Positions 52,605 to 63,299 of a stretch of DNA of 64,000 bases are shown here, one piece after another. A program made the position numbers and the translations under genes. Position 1 is the first letter of the stretch. Every line of letters begins with the position of its first letter. The notes beneath the pieces were generated by a model that worked only from the letters and a program-made list of their open reading frames with translations, made no database searches and was not told where the DNA came from. The DNA comes from Desulfatiglandales bacterium (GTDB lineage: Bacteria > Desulfobacterota > DSM-4660 > Desulfatiglandales > HGW-15), in assembly GCA_963667015.2 (NCBI GenBank), contig CAXXJJ010000004.1, positions 3,616,001-3,680,000 on the forward strand, read 5' to 3'.

Positions 52605-54002
52605 TCACTTTCTGATTCTTTGAAGATATTCATAATAATATTGAAGAACCCGGTTTCTGAAGGTAACCGTTTCATCAAAGGGGGGGATTCCCTTGTAATC
52701 TCTGACCCTGCGCCCCCCTGCATTATAGGAGGCAAGGGCAAGGCTTATATCTCCCTTCTGGGATCTCATAAGTCTTGAAAAATATAAATATCCGGACGCT
52801 ATTGCAAGAGATGGATCTAGGCGGTCATCCTTCGTGATGTTAACAAGCTCATTTTTATATTTTTCATACAGGTCCGCTCTCTTTTTTCCAGACTCAATGG
52901 ACCTCAGCATTAATTCCCGGGCCTTTTTTGCGAACTCAATATCCTCTTTTTTGGTAATCTTAAGAAGCATTTTCTTTGCCCTAATCTTTAAATTTCGCTC
53001 TTTTTTCAGGTAGTCACCGGCAGTATAGTAGTACTGGGGCGTATATATATTTTTAAGTCCCATATCCCGTGCAGTATGGGGCATAATCTGGGTTAATCCT
53101 GCAGCGCCAACACTTGATACTGCCTCCGGATCAAAGGCAGACTCCCTTTTCATCAGAGCCAGAAAGAGCAATGGATCGGTCCGGTAAATGCTTTCCCCGG
53201 TTTTTTTCACAGCTGATTCCAGGTACGGCAGCAGTTCCGGTAAATCTTCCTGTACAATGGATTTCCAGGCTCCGGAATCCGAACCATTTCGATCATTCCT
53301 GTCAATGTCAAACAGGCTGATCTCCGATGGTGATGCCTCAGCTATAAAACGGTTAAATACATGGTTAATAAACCGCACGTTTTCTGAGGTTATATATTCT
53401 CTGCTCTGATCATCTCCCCGGCATTTATTGTAGAACAACCCTAGCGCATTCCTAAGGTTGTTATCAGTATCCTGAAGACTTTTTTCCAACAGTATAACAA
53501 TCAATCCTTTTGATCTTTCGCTGTTAAATCTCTCATCATTCTCTTTGTTGATATTTTTTTTATATCGACTCAGCCTCTCCTTCGCCATTCCTGATTTTTC
53601 CCTGTAGACCAGTACAGTCAGCAGGATTTTTGTTATAATAGCATGTTCCGGTTCTTTGATATCACTTCCGGCCATGATCTTTTCAGCTGATAATAATGCC
53701 TCGTCGGCCTCTTTTTTCAATCTGACGGAATCATGATAATCCTGGTCAATATATACCCTGAGCCCAAGCTTTTCTGCCACATCGGGTTTTAACTGAAGCA
53801 GGCCCTCTTCTCCCTGATAGACTGTCTGATCAGTCGTCCGGGCTTTACTCAGTTCTGTGTTATATTCAAGAATATGTCTGGCAAGAACCTGAATGGAATC
53901 ATGGCGGATATCCGCCATGCATTCCCCGCAGAGACCCGCAAAAAAGAGAAATGCCACTGCCGGCATGACAAGGTTAATCAGGGTTGTTCTCTTTACTATC
54001 AA
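52605..54002 (-). CDS. Lytic transglycosylase (SLT domain)
   Basis: RESAFDPEAVS..GAAGLTQIMP, LASYNAG, GIPPFDET; start uncertain. Confidence 0.85.
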   Translation of the reverse strand: MIVKRTTLINLVMPAVAFLFFAGLCGECMADIRHDSIQVLARHILEYNTELSKARTTDQTVYQGEEGLLQLKPDVAEKLGLRVYIDQDYHDSVRLKKEADEALLSAEKIMAGSDIKEPEHAIITKILLTVLVYREKSGMAKERLSRYKKNINKENDERFNSERSKGLIVILLEKSLQDTDNNLRNALGLFYNKCRGDDQSREYITSENVRFINHVFNRFIAEASPSEISLFDIDRNDRNGSDSGAWKSIVQEDLPELLPYLESAVKKTGESIYRTDPLLFLALMKRESAFDPEAVSSVGAAGLTQIMPHTARDMGLKNIYTPQYYYTAGDYLKKERNLKIRAKKMLLKITKKEDIEFAKKARELMLRSIESGKKRADLYEKYKNELVNITKDDRLDPSLAIASGYLYFSRLMRSQKGDISLALASYNAGGRRVRDYKGIPPFDETVTFRNRVLQYYYEYLQRIRK

Positions 54003-54093
54003 AATTTTTTCCTGTCAAATCAGGTTGCAGTCGAAAGTTCGTGGTAAAATCACTAATATTTTTCGCGAAGGCAGGTAAAAACGAAAAAACAAA

Positions 54094-54123
54094 AGGGCCT
54101 GTTATGAAAAAGGTAACAGGCCC
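54094..54123 (-). terminator. Terminator after skp
   Basis: GGGCCTGTTA..TAACAGGCCC with a U-tract on the minus strand. Confidence 0.6.
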
Positions 54124-54161
54124 GGAGAAAAGAGTCATTTAGCCAGACAGCTACAGCATTA

Positions 54162-54683
54162 CTATTTTGAATCGTACAGTTTCATTATCTGATCTGTTAT
54201 ATCAATGGCGTCATCAGATGCCACAGCGCTGCTTTTTTCAAGTATTAAAGAGAGCTTTTCTTTTTTAAGGTATTCAACTGACAGGGCCTTTATCTCCGTT
54301 AAAAACTTACGGGTCATATCTGCTTCCTTGGACTTCAACTCGGCCTCAATCTCTTCCTGCATGCGCTTTAGATCTCTTGCTTCCCTCCGAAGTTTGTCTG
54401 ATTTTTCTCTGTAAACATCATCGGTCATTCTGTTACCATTGTTTTTCAGATCATCTTCAAGCGCCTTCGCCTCACCCTGTTTTTTCATGAAATCCTGTCT
54501 TTTTGCATCAAGCTCCCTGGAGAACTCATCCCGATATTTATTAATTTTTTCGGACTTCAAAACAATTTTTTGAGTATCTAAAATACCGATTTTTAAATCT
54601 GCAGCATAGGTAGAAAAAATACAGGTTGAAATAAATGCTACAATACAGACAAATATAAATGGGAGTCGTTTCATGGCAATCAT
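54162..54683 (-). CDS. skp: OmpH/Skp periplasmic chaperone
   Basis: Signal peptide, KIGILD, coiled coil, IDITD. Confidence 0.8.
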   Translation of the reverse strand: MIAMKRLPFIFVCIVAFISTCIFSTYAADLKIGILDTQKIVLKSEKINKYRDEFSRELDAKRQDFMKKQGEAKALEDDLKNNGNRMTDDVYREKSDKLRREARDLKRMQEEIEAELKSKEADMTRKFLTEIKALSVEYLKKEKLSLILEKSSAVASDDAIDITDQIMKLYDSK

Positions 54684-54764
54684 CCTTTCAATAAGATATT
54701 GATAGCTTACTAATTCAGAGGCGCAGAAAAGTCAAGTGAGACATTTTCAGGAATTTTTTAGGAA

Positions 54765-56282
54765 TTAAAACCTGTATTCTATTCCAAGGGTATACATGTT
54801 CCTTGTGTAATCATAGATGCCAATGTTTGAGTCGGTCCTGACCCTTGTATACTGTGTAACTACAGTGACGTCATTTTCCCAGTCCCATGAAAAACCTCCT
54901 GAAAAAGCAAACACCTTGTCTTCCCTTGTTACATCAAAAACATTATGCCGATTGTCAAATTTCTGATCATTGAACTGACTGCTTAATTGAAGCTTTATTT
55001 TTTCATATACGGGCATGGCATAATTGATTGAAAAACCGAGATTGCTGTTATCCCAGTTTCTTCCGTCAGTATCCTGCCGGTCAGCCTGAAATCTTAAATT
55101 AAGGAAATAATCCTTTTTAAAGAGCCATAACCAGCTTATATAACTTCTGTATCCACTGGAATCCCGGTCCTCTTCCGGGGCAAGCGGATCCCTGAAATAT
55201 CTGGTATTTGTATATCCTGAAAAAATTTCCAGCAGTTGATTTCCGTTAATTGCCATCCTGAGGAGAGGTCCTGTACTGAATGAACCGGAGTATCCCTTAT
55301 ACCCCGGGTCTCTTACCATCGCGTGACTGTAGTTTGTTGAGAGGTAAACGGCATATTCTCCAAAATTATACCCCGGGGTAATGGATATGCTGTTGGACAG
55401 CGAATCATGGGTAAACCTGTTCTTGTCATGAACGCTGGAACCCAGGGCATACTGGGCACTGAAAAGCCACGGCCCATTGAGTCGGGGGGAGAAGTTTACA
55501 CGAAATAAGGTATTTAAAACTCCGCTGCTCTCATTAGTGATGCCTGCTGCAAACGACTGGTCATTCGGTTTAAGGACCATATTATCATCATACTGCCCAA
55601 ACACCCCTAATGTGAACCTGAAGGGCTTTTCGCGGTTTATTCTCTGTTTCACTGCATCCAGATACTGCCTTGCAAATCCGGCAAGGTCAGACTGGGGATC
55701 ATTCACTATTGCGGCCTCAAAACTCTTCCTGGCGTCATTTAACCGACGGTCTTTCACATAACTAAGGGCAATCTGGATATCAGCGGCCTGAGATATCTTG
55801 GGATCAATTGATTTGGCATTTACGAATGATTCTGCCGCTTCCCTGTTTTTTCCTTCCTGCTTAAATATAAGCCCTTTTAGAAAGGCGATCTTTGCCGGGA
55901 AGATATTCTCCTTTTCAGCTACTTCAATCCATTTCTTTGCAACGTCCAGTTTACCCAGTTGTGTTGCAACATCAACAACCTCTACAAGTGCCTCTTTTAT
56001 TCTGGGGGTGAGTGTGACAGAGTCCAGGAGGTTATTCAGGGATTTCTCATAAGCCATTGTCTGTTTATAGGCCATTCCAAGGAAGAATGCGGCAACAGAG
56101 GATTCAGGTTCATTTTTCCTGGCCTCTGCCAGGGTAACGATAGCCTCTTCATAGCTCTCGTCCTTATATTCTTCTATCCCCCTTTTAATGAGCGGCGACT
56201 GCTGGCAAAAACCATTAAGGGGAATAAGTACAAATAATATCAGAAAAAGGAAAGATAATGTTTTTTTCGCAAAGTTTCTCAT
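54765..56282 (-). CDS. TPR plus outer-membrane beta-barrel protein (SLAM/DUF560-like)
   Basis: Signal peptide, TPRs, QYDDN barrel start, amphipathic strands, terminal YRF. Confidence 0.7.
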   Translation of the reverse strand: MRNFAKKTLSFLFLILFVLIPLNGFCQQSPLIKRGIEEYKDESYEEAIVTLAEARKNEPESSVAAFFLGMAYKQTMAYEKSLNNLLDSVTLTPRIKEALVEVVDVATQLGKLDVAKKWIEVAEKENIFPAKIAFLKGLIFKQEGKNREAAESFVNAKSIDPKISQAADIQIALSYVKDRRLNDARKSFEAAIVNDPQSDLAGFARQYLDAVKQRINREKPFRFTLGVFGQYDDNMVLKPNDQSFAAGITNESSGVLNTLFRVNFSPRLNGPWLFSAQYALGSSVHDKNRFTHDSLSNSISITPGYNFGEYAVYLSTNYSHAMVRDPGYKGYSGSFSTGPLLRMAINGNQLLEIFSGYTNTRYFRDPLAPEEDRDSSGYRSYISWLWLFKKDYFLNLRFQADRQDTDGRNWDNSNLGFSINYAMPVYEKIKLQLSSQFNDQKFDNRHNVFDVTREDKVFAFSGGFSWDWENDVTVVTQYTRVRTDSNIGIYDYTRNMYTLGIEYRF

Positions 56283-56314
56283 AACAGCCTCCTTCTACTT
56301 ATCCCTTATCGTCA

Positions 56315-56330
56315 TGCAAATCCAGTGCCT
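56315..56330 (-). promoter_or_regulatory. Sigma54 (-24/-12) promoter of the TPR-barrel gene
   Basis: AGGCACTGGATTTGCA, GG-N10-GC. Confidence 0.55.
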
Positions 56331-56364
56331 TAAAACTTTTTTATTTGTCCGGGGATTTTATCAG

Positions 56365-56394
56365 CGCCTTGACATTGGGCATTATGGACCTTAA
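56365..56394 (+). promoter_or_regulatory. Putative heat-shock promoter of clpB
   Basis: CGCCTTGACA-N15-CTTAA, shared with the grpE upstream region. Confidence 0.6.
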
Positions 56395-56462
56395 TTTTTT
56401 TGAGGTTAATCGATCTAATCAATTACCGGATAAAACAAATAACTGCGCAGGAGGAAGACACT

Positions 56463-59045
56463 ATGCGTTTAGATAAACTAACATTAAAGGCCCAGGAAGC
56501 CCTGAAGGAATCACAGCAGACCGCCGAAAGACTGGGGCACCAGCAGATAGAACCGGAACATATGCTAAGCGCCATATTCAACCAGAAAGACGGGGCAATC
56601 CCTCCTCTTCTGGGAAAGGTTGGAGCCAATCAGTCAGCCTTGAGTAAAACTGCAGCCGAGGCACTGGAAAAACTGCCAAAAATCTCGGGAAGCGGATACG
56701 GGCAGTCTTATATCTCTCCCAGGCTTCAGGCCGTCCTTGAACAGGCATTCAAGGAAGCAGAACAGATGAAGGATGAATATATAAGCCTTGAACATATTCT
56801 CCTTGCCATATCTGAAGAAAAGGAAGGTCAGGCCGTTAAAATTCTTAAATCTTCCGGAGTCACCAGGGACACGATCCTTGCCGCCCTTGTTGAAATCAGG
56901 GGCGGACAGAGAATTACCGACCAGAACCCTGAAGACAAATATCAGGCACTTGAGAGGTTTGGCCGGGATCTTACCGCTATTGCAGCAAAGGATAAGCTTG
57001 ATCCTGTTATAGGCCGTGATGATGAGATCAGAAGGGTAATTCAGGTCCTCTCCAGAAGAACTAAAAATAACCCTGTGCTGATCGGTGAGCCGGGCGTAGG
57101 AAAAACAGCCATTGTAGAAGGTCTGGCCCAGAGGATTATACAGGGAGATATACCTGAAACACTGAAGGATAAAAGGGTGGTAGCCCTTGATATGGGGGCA
57201 CTGGTAGCCGGGGCAAAATACAGGGGGGAATTTGAAGACAGGCTCAAGGCAGTATTAAAGGAGGTAACGGATTCGGAAGGTGAAATTATCCTTTTCATAG
57301 ATGAGATGCATACCATCGTCGGCGCCGGGGCGGCAGAAGGTGCAGTTGATGCCTCTAACATGCTTAAACCCGCCCTTGCCAGGGGAGAACTTCGGTGTGT
57401 GGGAGCCACCACCATTAAGGAATACAGGAAGTATATTGAAAAGGATGCAGCCTTTGAAAGGAGATTTCAACCAGTTCCGGTTGAAGAGCCAACGGTTGAA
57501 GATACTATCTCGATACTAAGAGGGCTTAAGGAAAAATATGAGGTGCACCATGGTGTAAGGATTCAGGACTCGGCACTGGTAGCGGCCGCAACCCTTTCGC
57601 ACAGATATATTACAGACAGGTTCCTGCCTGACAAGGCCATTGACCTTATTGATGAAGCTACATCGAGACTGAGGATAGAAATAGACAGCATGCCCGCTGA
57701 AATAGATGACGTCCAGCGCAAGATTACCCAGCTTGAGATAGAAAAACAGGCGCTCAAAAAGGAAAAGGACAGCGCCTCAAAGGACAGACTCAAGAAGATC
57801 GATGATGAGCTGAAGGAACTGAAGGCAGGCACGGAGGATATGATTAAGCACTGGAAGAGTGAAAAGGAGATTATAACCAGGATAGGTGAGATCAAGGAAA
57901 GGCTTGAGGCAACCAGGACTGCCGCCCAGGCTGCGGAGAGAGAGGGTGATCTTTCAAAGGCAGCGGAACTGAGATACGGCACGACTATCTCCCTCGAAAA
58001 AGAGTTGGAGGACCAGAACAGCAGGCTTTCCGAGCTTCAGGAAGGTAAAAAGATGCTCAAGGAAGAGGTGGACAGTGAAGATATCGCCGAGGTAATAGCC
58101 AAGTGGACAAATATCCCGGTGTCGAAACTGATGCAGGGAGAACGGGAAAAACTTATTAAAATGGAGGAGATGCTTGCAAAAAGAGTAATCGGCCAGAAAA
58201 AGGGCCTGATAGCAGTATCCAACGCAGTCCGACGGGCAAGATCAGGACTTCAGGACCCTAACCGCCCTATTGGTTCATTTATTTTCCTTGGACCCACAGG
58301 AGTTGGTAAAACAGAGCTTGCCCGGGCAGTTGCCGAATTTCTCTTTGATGATGAGCAGTACATGATAAGAATCGATATGTCCGAATATATGGAAAAACAT
58401 TCGGTCGCAAGGCTCATAGGGGCGCCTCCCGGGTATGTCGGATATGACGAGGGCGGGTATCTAACCGAGGCAGTCCGAAGACACCCCTACTCTGTAGTGC
58501 TCTTTGATGAGATTGAAAAAGCACACCCCGATGTATTCAACGCCCTGCTCCAGATACTTGACGACGGCAGGATGACGGACGGCAAAGGACGCACAGTGGA
58601 TTTTAAAAATACGGTCCTAATAATGACTTCCAATGTTGGAAGCCAGTGGATAAATGAGTTAAAGGGCAAAGATGATAAAGAGATGGAAAACAGGGTAATG
58701 GATGCCCTTAGAAATACATTCCGCCCTGAATTTCTGAACAGGATTGACGAAACTATTATATTCCATTCCCTTGGACTGGAAGAGATAAAAGAGATTGTTG
58801 ATATCCAGGTAAATATCCTGAAAAAAAGACTTGAGGGAAACAAAATCAGCCTGGAAATCACTGATAATGCAAGGGAATACCTTGCAAATGTTGGATTTGA
58901 CCCGGTATATGGAGCAAGACCTTTAAAGAGGGCAATACAGCATTATGTACAGGACCCTCTTTCAATGAAGATACTTGAAGGAGAGATTGGTGAAGGAAGT
59001 GAGGTGACTATGGATATCCGGGATGGAGAAGTCGTTTTTATGTAG
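56463..59045 (+). CDS. clpB: Chaperone ClpB
   Basis: Two AAA modules ([16 protein letters not shown]) and a coiled-coil middle domain. Confidence 0.97.
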   Translation: MRLDKLTLKAQEALKESQQTAERLGHQQIEPEHMLSAIFNQKDGAIPPLLGKVGANQSALSKTAAEALEKLPKISGSGYGQSYISPRLQAVLEQAFKEAEQMKDEYISLEHILLAISEEKEGQAVKILKSSGVTRDTILAALVEIRGGQRITDQNPEDKYQALERFGRDLTAIAAKDKLDPVIGRDDEIRRVIQVLSRRTKNNPVLIGEPGVGKTAIVEGLAQRIIQGDIPETLKDKRVVALDMGALVAGAKYRGEFEDRLKAVLKEVTDSEGEIILFIDEMHTIVGAGAAEGAVDASNMLKPALARGELRCVGATTIKEYRKYIEKDAAFERRFQPVPVEEPTVEDTISILRGLKEKYEVHHGVRIQDSALVAAATLSHRYITDRFLPDKAIDLIDEATSRLRIEIDSMPAEIDDVQRKITQLEIEKQALKKEKDSASKDRLKKIDDELKELKAGTEDMIKHWKSEKEIITRIGEIKERLEATRTAAQAAEREGDLSKAAELRYGTTISLEKELEDQNSRLSELQEGKKMLKEEVDSEDIAEVIAKWTNIPVSKLMQGEREKLIKMEEMLAKRVIGQKKGLIAVSNAVRRARSGLQDPNRPIGSFIFLGPTGVGKTELARAVAEFLFDDEQYMIRIDMSEYMEKHSVARLIGAPPGYVGYDEGGYLTEAVRRHPYSVVLFDEIEKAHPDVFNALLQILDDGRMTDGKGRTVDFKNTVLIMTSNVGSQWINELKGKDDKEMENRVMDALRNTFRPEFLNRIDETIIFHSLGLEEIKEIVDIQVNILKKRLEGNKISLEITDNAREYLANVGFDPVYGARPLKRAIQHYVQDPLSMKILEGEIGEGSEVTMDIRDGEVVFM

Positions 59046-59050
59046 GTAGC

Positions 59051-59115
59051 CGCAAAGCGCATAGAGCGTGGAGCACAGGGTTTTTACACTTTGCGCTCTG
59101 CGCTCTGCCCTATGC
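59051..59115. repeat. Inverted 7-bp periodic repeats forming a hairpin between convergent genes
   Basis: AAAGCGC/ATAGAGC/GTGGAGC opposite TTTGCGC/TCTGCGC/TCTGCCC. Confidence 0.5.
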
Positions 59116-59448
59116 TCCGTTTACCTTCTCCTTAAGCTTTTTAAAGCTCTTAAACTTTACCGTTCTTTTTGAGTTGATGAATATCTTTTCCCCTGTTTTC
59201 GGATTCCGTCCCTGCCTGGCCCATTTGAAATCTATATAGAACCTTCCGAATCCCGAAAGATGAATATTATCACCCTTTTCCAGTCTATTTTTCATGATCT
59301 CGATGAGCGAATTCACTATTCTCTCGGCCTTTTTTCTGGGTAAAAATTCATAGTTCAGTTCAGGGAAAAGAAACTGCTGGCGGATTACTTTTTTTCTTTC
59401 AATATGAACCCTGTCTATTACACTTTTAATAAGATCGGTTTTATTCAT
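59110..59448 (-). CDS. HU/IHF-family DNA-binding protein with insertion
   Basis: MNKTDL, LSGFGRF, RQGRNPKTGE, VKFK. Confidence 0.88.
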   Translation of the reverse strand: MNKTDLIKSVIDRVHIERKKVIRQQFLFPELNYEFLPRKKAERIVNSLIEIMKNRLEKGDNIHLSGFGRFYIDFKWARQGRNPKTGEKIFINSKRTVKFKSFKKLKEKVNGA

Positions 59449-59564
59449 TGCATGGGACCCGGGGATATAAATTTAGCTGCAACACCGTTTAATTATTGGC
59501 AAGAAGTGCCATATCTGCTAGTGTTTGTCAATTATTCTAAACTATTAGGAAATTTAATTTAAAA

Positions 59565-60101
59565 ATGCATCACAACTATATTTTTCGTCATTGTCCTGTC
59601 TGCGGAGCCGAGTTCCAGTCAAAGGTTGTAAGAGAAAACGAACCGCCCAGGCTTGTCTGTAAAGATGAGTCATGTAACTTCATCTTTTACCTGGATCCAA
59701 AACTTGTTGCATGTGTAATTGTCGAGAAGGATGATAAGATTATCCTGTTAAAAAGGGCAATGAGACCTGAAAGGGGTAAATGGGTGATGCCCGGCGGGTA
59801 TATAGACAGGGGTGAAAAAGTTGAAGAGGCTGCAGTCAGAGAGACCAGGGAAGAATGTGAAATCGATATAGAACTTAAAGATCTCTTTGGTGTTTACTCA
59901 TACCCCGGATACCTTGAAGTCGTGATAGTCTATCTGGCAGAGTATAAATCAGGTATCATTGCGGCAGGAGATGAAACAACGGATACCAAACTGATAGACA
60001 TTGAAGAAATACCCTGGGACAACCTTGCCTTTGAAAGCACCAGAGATGCCCTGAAGGATTACTGCGCATTTAAAAAAAAGATCGGAAAGGAGAATTTATA
60101 A
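59565..60101 (+). CDS. Zinc-ribbon Nudix hydrolase
   Basis: CPVCG..C..C, Y.DPK, PGG..RETREE, IPWDNLAF. Confidence 0.88.
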   Translation: MHHNYIFRHCPVCGAEFQSKVVRENEPPRLVCKDESCNFIFYLDPKLVACVIVEKDDKIILLKRAMRPERGKWVMPGGYIDRGEKVEEAAVRETREECEIDIELKDLFGVYSYPGYLEVVIVYLAEYKSGIIAAGDETTDTKLIDIEEIPWDNLAFESTRDALKDYCAFKKKIGKENL

Positions 60102-61406
60102 TTGATAAACCTGAAACCTGAAAAAATAGACAGTCTGAGTAAAGAAAGAAAAAAATCCATCATGGAAAGATCCATGGAGGATATATCTTCCATATTTGAA
60201 GATACCAGAAAAATAGTAGAGGATATAAAGCAGAACGGAGACTCTGTCGCCTTAAAACATTACAAAAAGCACAAGGAAGACATAGCGCCTTCCGACCTTG
60301 AAGTAACAAGGGATGAGATTGAAGAGGCCTACAAAAAAATCGATCAGTCCATAATCGACTGCCTGAAAAAGGCCGCTGAAAATATTATCAGATTTCATGA
60401 GGCACAGCTTGAGAGGGAGATGTGGTCCATAGAGGTTAAAAAAGGCATCCTGGCAGGACGCATAACAAGACCCATGGATATTGTGGGCTGTTATATCCCC
60501 GGAGGCCGCGCCACATATCCGAGCTCAATACTGATGACCGTGCTTCCTGCAAAGGTTGCAGGGGTTAAGGATATTATCGCCGTAACACCGCCGTCGCCAG
60601 GCATGACAGCAAATCCTGCAACACTGGTTGCAGCTGACATTGCGGGATGCGACCGGATTTTCAAGGTGGGAGGCCCCTGGGGTGTGGCAGGTCTTGCATA
60701 CGGCACAGAAACCATGCCCAGGGTGGACAAGATAGTCGGTCCCGGCAACAAATTTGTTACGGCCGCAAAAATGATTGTATACGGGCAGGTAGATATCGAT
60801 TCTCCGGCAGGCCCAAGCGAATCACTCATCCTGGCCGATGAAAGCGGAAATACGGATTTTATAACAGTTGATTTCCTTTCCCAGGTAGAGCATGATCCTG
60901 ACTCCGCAGCAGTTCTTGTCACTACCTCTGCAGAACTTGCTCAAAAGGTCTGTGACAATATTGAAAGGGAATATGAAACCCTGCCCAGAAAGGAGATCTT
61001 TGAATCATCCCTTAACAAGCATTCATATGTACTCATTGCAAAGGATATTGAACAGGCAATTGATTTTACGAATGAATATGCGGCAGAGCATCTTCAGATA
61101 CTTACAAAAGATCCCTTTATCACTCTCAACTCCATAAAGCATGCAGGTTCAATATTTATGGGGCCATACGCGCCGGTACCGGTTGGCGACTATGCATCCG
61201 GAACAAACCATGTTCTCCCCACAGGCCAGTGTGCGAGGATGTTCTCCGGTCTTTCGGTTGATGATTTTATCAAAAAACCCACGTTCCAGTACCTAAGCAA
61301 AGAAGGGCTTGAGAGTTTAAAGGATGTGGTGATAACGCTGGCAGAAGAAGAAGGCTTGCCTCTTCATGCCAGAACTGTAAAAGAGAGATTTAAGGATAGT
61401 ATGTAG
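60102..61406 (+). CDS. hisD: Histidinol dehydrogenase
   Basis: [36 protein letters not shown]. Confidence 0.88.
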   Translation: MINLKPEKIDSLSKERKKSIMERSMEDISSIFEDTRKIVEDIKQNGDSVALKHYKKHKEDIAPSDLEVTRDEIEEAYKKIDQSIIDCLKKAAENIIRFHEAQLEREMWSIEVKKGILAGRITRPMDIVGCYIPGGRATYPSSILMTVLPAKVAGVKDIIAVTPPSPGMTANPATLVAADIAGCDRIFKVGGPWGVAGLAYGTETMPRVDKIVGPGNKFVTAAKMIVYGQVDIDSPAGPSESLILADESGNTDFITVDFLSQVEHDPDSAAVLVTTSAELAQKVCDNIEREYETLPRKEIFESSLNKHSYVLIAKDIEQAIDFTNEYAAEHLQILTKDPFITLNSIKHAGSIFMGPYAPVPVGDYASGTNHVLPTGQCARMFSGLSVDDFIKKPTFQYLSKEGLESLKDVVITLAEEEGLPLHARTVKERFKDSM

Positions 61407-61430
61407 GGGCACGGTGCCCGTGCCCTTTTT
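61403..61430 (+). terminator. Terminator / GTAG-type REP-like hairpin after hisD
   Basis: GTAGGGGCACGGTGCCCGTGCCCTTTTT. Confidence 0.6.
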
Positions 61431-61554
61431 GCCTAGGGCAGAAAAACGCTTTTAATTAAATAATTGTTATTGTCTTTCTCGCCCGCTCCCTGCGGGCTCA
61501 GCGAGAGATATGTTTTTATAAAATTTCAGCTTTTAAAAAAAATTAAAAAAATTT

Positions 61555-61583
61555 TTGACAAAGCCGATTTTATTAACTATATA
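61555..61583 (+). promoter_or_regulatory. Sigma70 promoter of the tRNA pair
   Basis: TTGACA-N17-TATATA with an AT-rich upstream element. Confidence 0.75.
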
Positions 61584-61601
61584 GAATGATTCTTTTTCAG
61601 A

Positions 61602-61674
61602 GGGTCGTTAGCTCAGCTGGTAGAGCAGCGGACTTTTAATCCGTTGGTCGTGGGTTCGATCCCCGCACGACCCA
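61602..61674 (+). tRNA. tRNA-Lys(TTT), CCA not encoded
   Basis: GGGTCGT/ACGACCC acceptor stem, CTTTTAA anticodon loop, TTCGA T-loop. Confidence 0.95.
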
Positions 61675-61801
61675 CTTTTTTGATTTTTTTAATGCAAATA
61701 AGCTGGTACAGCATTAAAAAATAAAAAATCAGGCTCAATAAAGCAAATTTTAGCTTGATTAATCTGAAAAAGATGCTTAGAATTAGCTTAAAATTTCCTG
61801 C

Positions 61802-61879
61802 GTCCCCATCGTCTAGCCAGGTCCAGGACACAGGCCTTTCACGCCTGCGACAGGGGTTCGAATCCCCTTGGGGACGCCA
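61802..61879 (+). tRNA. tRNA-Glu(TTC)
   Basis: GTCCCCA/TGGGGAC acceptor stem, CTTTCAC anticodon loop, TTCGAAT T-loop, encoded CCA. Confidence 0.95.
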
Positions 61880-61889
61880 TCAATACAGC

Positions 61890-61927
61890 AAAGGGTTACA
61901 TGATTTTCATGTAACCCTTTTGTTTTT
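61890..61927 (+). terminator. Terminator hairpin after tRNA-Glu
   Basis: AAAGGGTTACATGA-TTT-TCATGTAACCCTTT followed by a T-tract. Confidence 0.8.
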
Positions 61928-61938
61928 ATTTTTTTTCC

Positions 61939-61960
61939 ATTCCCCACACTATTCCCCACA
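61939..61960 (+). repeat. Tandem 10-bp repeat, candidate integrase arm-type sites
   Basis: ATTCCCCACA twice with 12-bp periodicity, about 60 nt after the tRNA 3' end. Confidence 0.5.
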
Positions 61961-62051
61961 TGAAAGTGGAATTAACATCTTTTTATGTTGTGGGCGTAAT
62001 CTATCAGGTTGAAATAATCAGAAATATTTTGGAAAAGTTACGGAGCCTAGC

Positions 62052-63290
62052 TTAATAGCTTACTGCTATTTCTTCTGGTTTTGGCTGCCTGATCATATGG
62101 TACTTTACGCTTATATTGAAGCCAAGTTTTTTTCCTATAGAGGCAGGAACTTGCAACAATTCTCTCTTTTTTATAATATTTTCATTGATAGAATTTACTA
62201 AAGTGGGTGTCCAATTCTCACTGACAATAATATATTCGAGTACGATCTCAGAATCACTGTCTTTTCTTGAAAATTTAACAAGATGGAAATTGGGATATAT
62301 GTCACTATACGTGTGTGCCCTGTACCAATCCTGAATATTATCTATGATGAAAAGCAAAAAAGCATAAATATTTTTATCATGAGTGATTTTTGTTAGAAAT
62401 TCATTACTTGCCACATTATGAACAGCGACGGCACTCATTGCATACTGTAAAGATTGAGATATTACCGAACCTGGAAATCCTATGCATCCTTTATTTTCAA
62501 AAATGGATCTATAAACATTTTGGCATAAAACCAAAGCGCTTACATATCCGTGGTCGTTAGCCTGATCTTTAATTATCAAATCACACAGATCATTAACTTC
62601 ATGGTCACCTAATTTCAACTTTGACTTTAAAGTGTCCTTCAGGACATCTGCCATGTTTATTGCCTCATTACCATGTTCAGGGCAACCATATTTTAAAGTT
62701 AATAGCTCATTCTCATTACCTATATCGATCGGGATATTTATATTTGAAAACCTGTGGCCCAATTCATCCATATGAAAACTATTATAGAGATTACCTAAAT
62801 GACCGGCTATTTTACCAACATATTGATACGGGTACCCAAAATCGTGTGTCGAAGCCGCCAATAACCACGTAAAAAAGATATGTCTTTCCTCTTTAAAACC
62901 AAATACCGATTCTCTATCGTTCTCAGACGGAAAATTTTTTAATAATAGCTGAAGGGTATTAATGCCGATTAGGTATACCAAGAATTGATGAAAAAAATGA
63001 TCTCTTTTCCCTATTAAAGTTAAGAATTTTTCAAACTCTCTAAATACTTCAAAATAGTTGGAAATAAGGTGCTCATTCCATAGCTGGTTCATTATTTTAC
63101 ATATTAAATCGCCTTTTTCTTCAATGCTAACATTTGGATACTTTGCCAATAAGAATTTTAAATTACCCTTATCAAATGAAGCATCACCTAAAAGGTTCCT
63201 TATTAAAGCCATTTCCGCATGCTGCTCAGCAATTATACTGTGAACTACATTTCCAGTGGGATTATACTCTTCACTTAACTTGTAAACCAT
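62052..63290 (-). CDS. HD-superfamily metal-dependent phosphohydrolase-like protein
   Basis: RDHFFHQFLVY, THDFGYP, DHGYVSA, AVAVH, LLFIIDNIQDWYR. Confidence 0.7.
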   Translation of the reverse strand: MVYKLSEEYNPTGNVVHSIIAEQHAEMALIRNLLGDASFDKGNLKFLLAKYPNVSIEEKGDLICKIMNQLWNEHLISNYFEVFREFEKFLTLIGKRDHFFHQFLVYLIGINTLQLLLKNFPSENDRESVFGFKEERHIFFTWLLAASTHDFGYPYQYVGKIAGHLGNLYNSFHMDELGHRFSNINIPIDIGNENELLTLKYGCPEHGNEAINMADVLKDTLKSKLKLGDHEVNDLCDLIIKDQANDHGYVSALVLCQNVYRSIFENKGCIGFPGSVISQSLQYAMSAVAVHNVASNEFLTKITHDKNIYAFLLFIIDNIQDWYRAHTYSDIYPNFHLVKFSRKDSDSEIVLEYIIVSENWTPTLVNSINENIIKKRELLQVPASIGKKLGFNISVKYHMIRQPKPEEIAVSY

Positions 63291-63299
63291 ACACCACTC

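Noticed and set aside
56423..58861. Long antisense ORFs within clpB (similarly in dnaK, purC, secD)
   Set aside because: Shadow frames of well-conserved genes caused by codon bias.
61895..61914. GTTACATG / CATGTAAC half-sites as a fourth copy of the 24-kb operator
   Set aside because: The halves are separated and form the stem of the tRNA terminator.
61613..62012. ORFs 61613-61831 and 61755-62012
   Set aside because: They overlap the two tRNA genes and are spurious.
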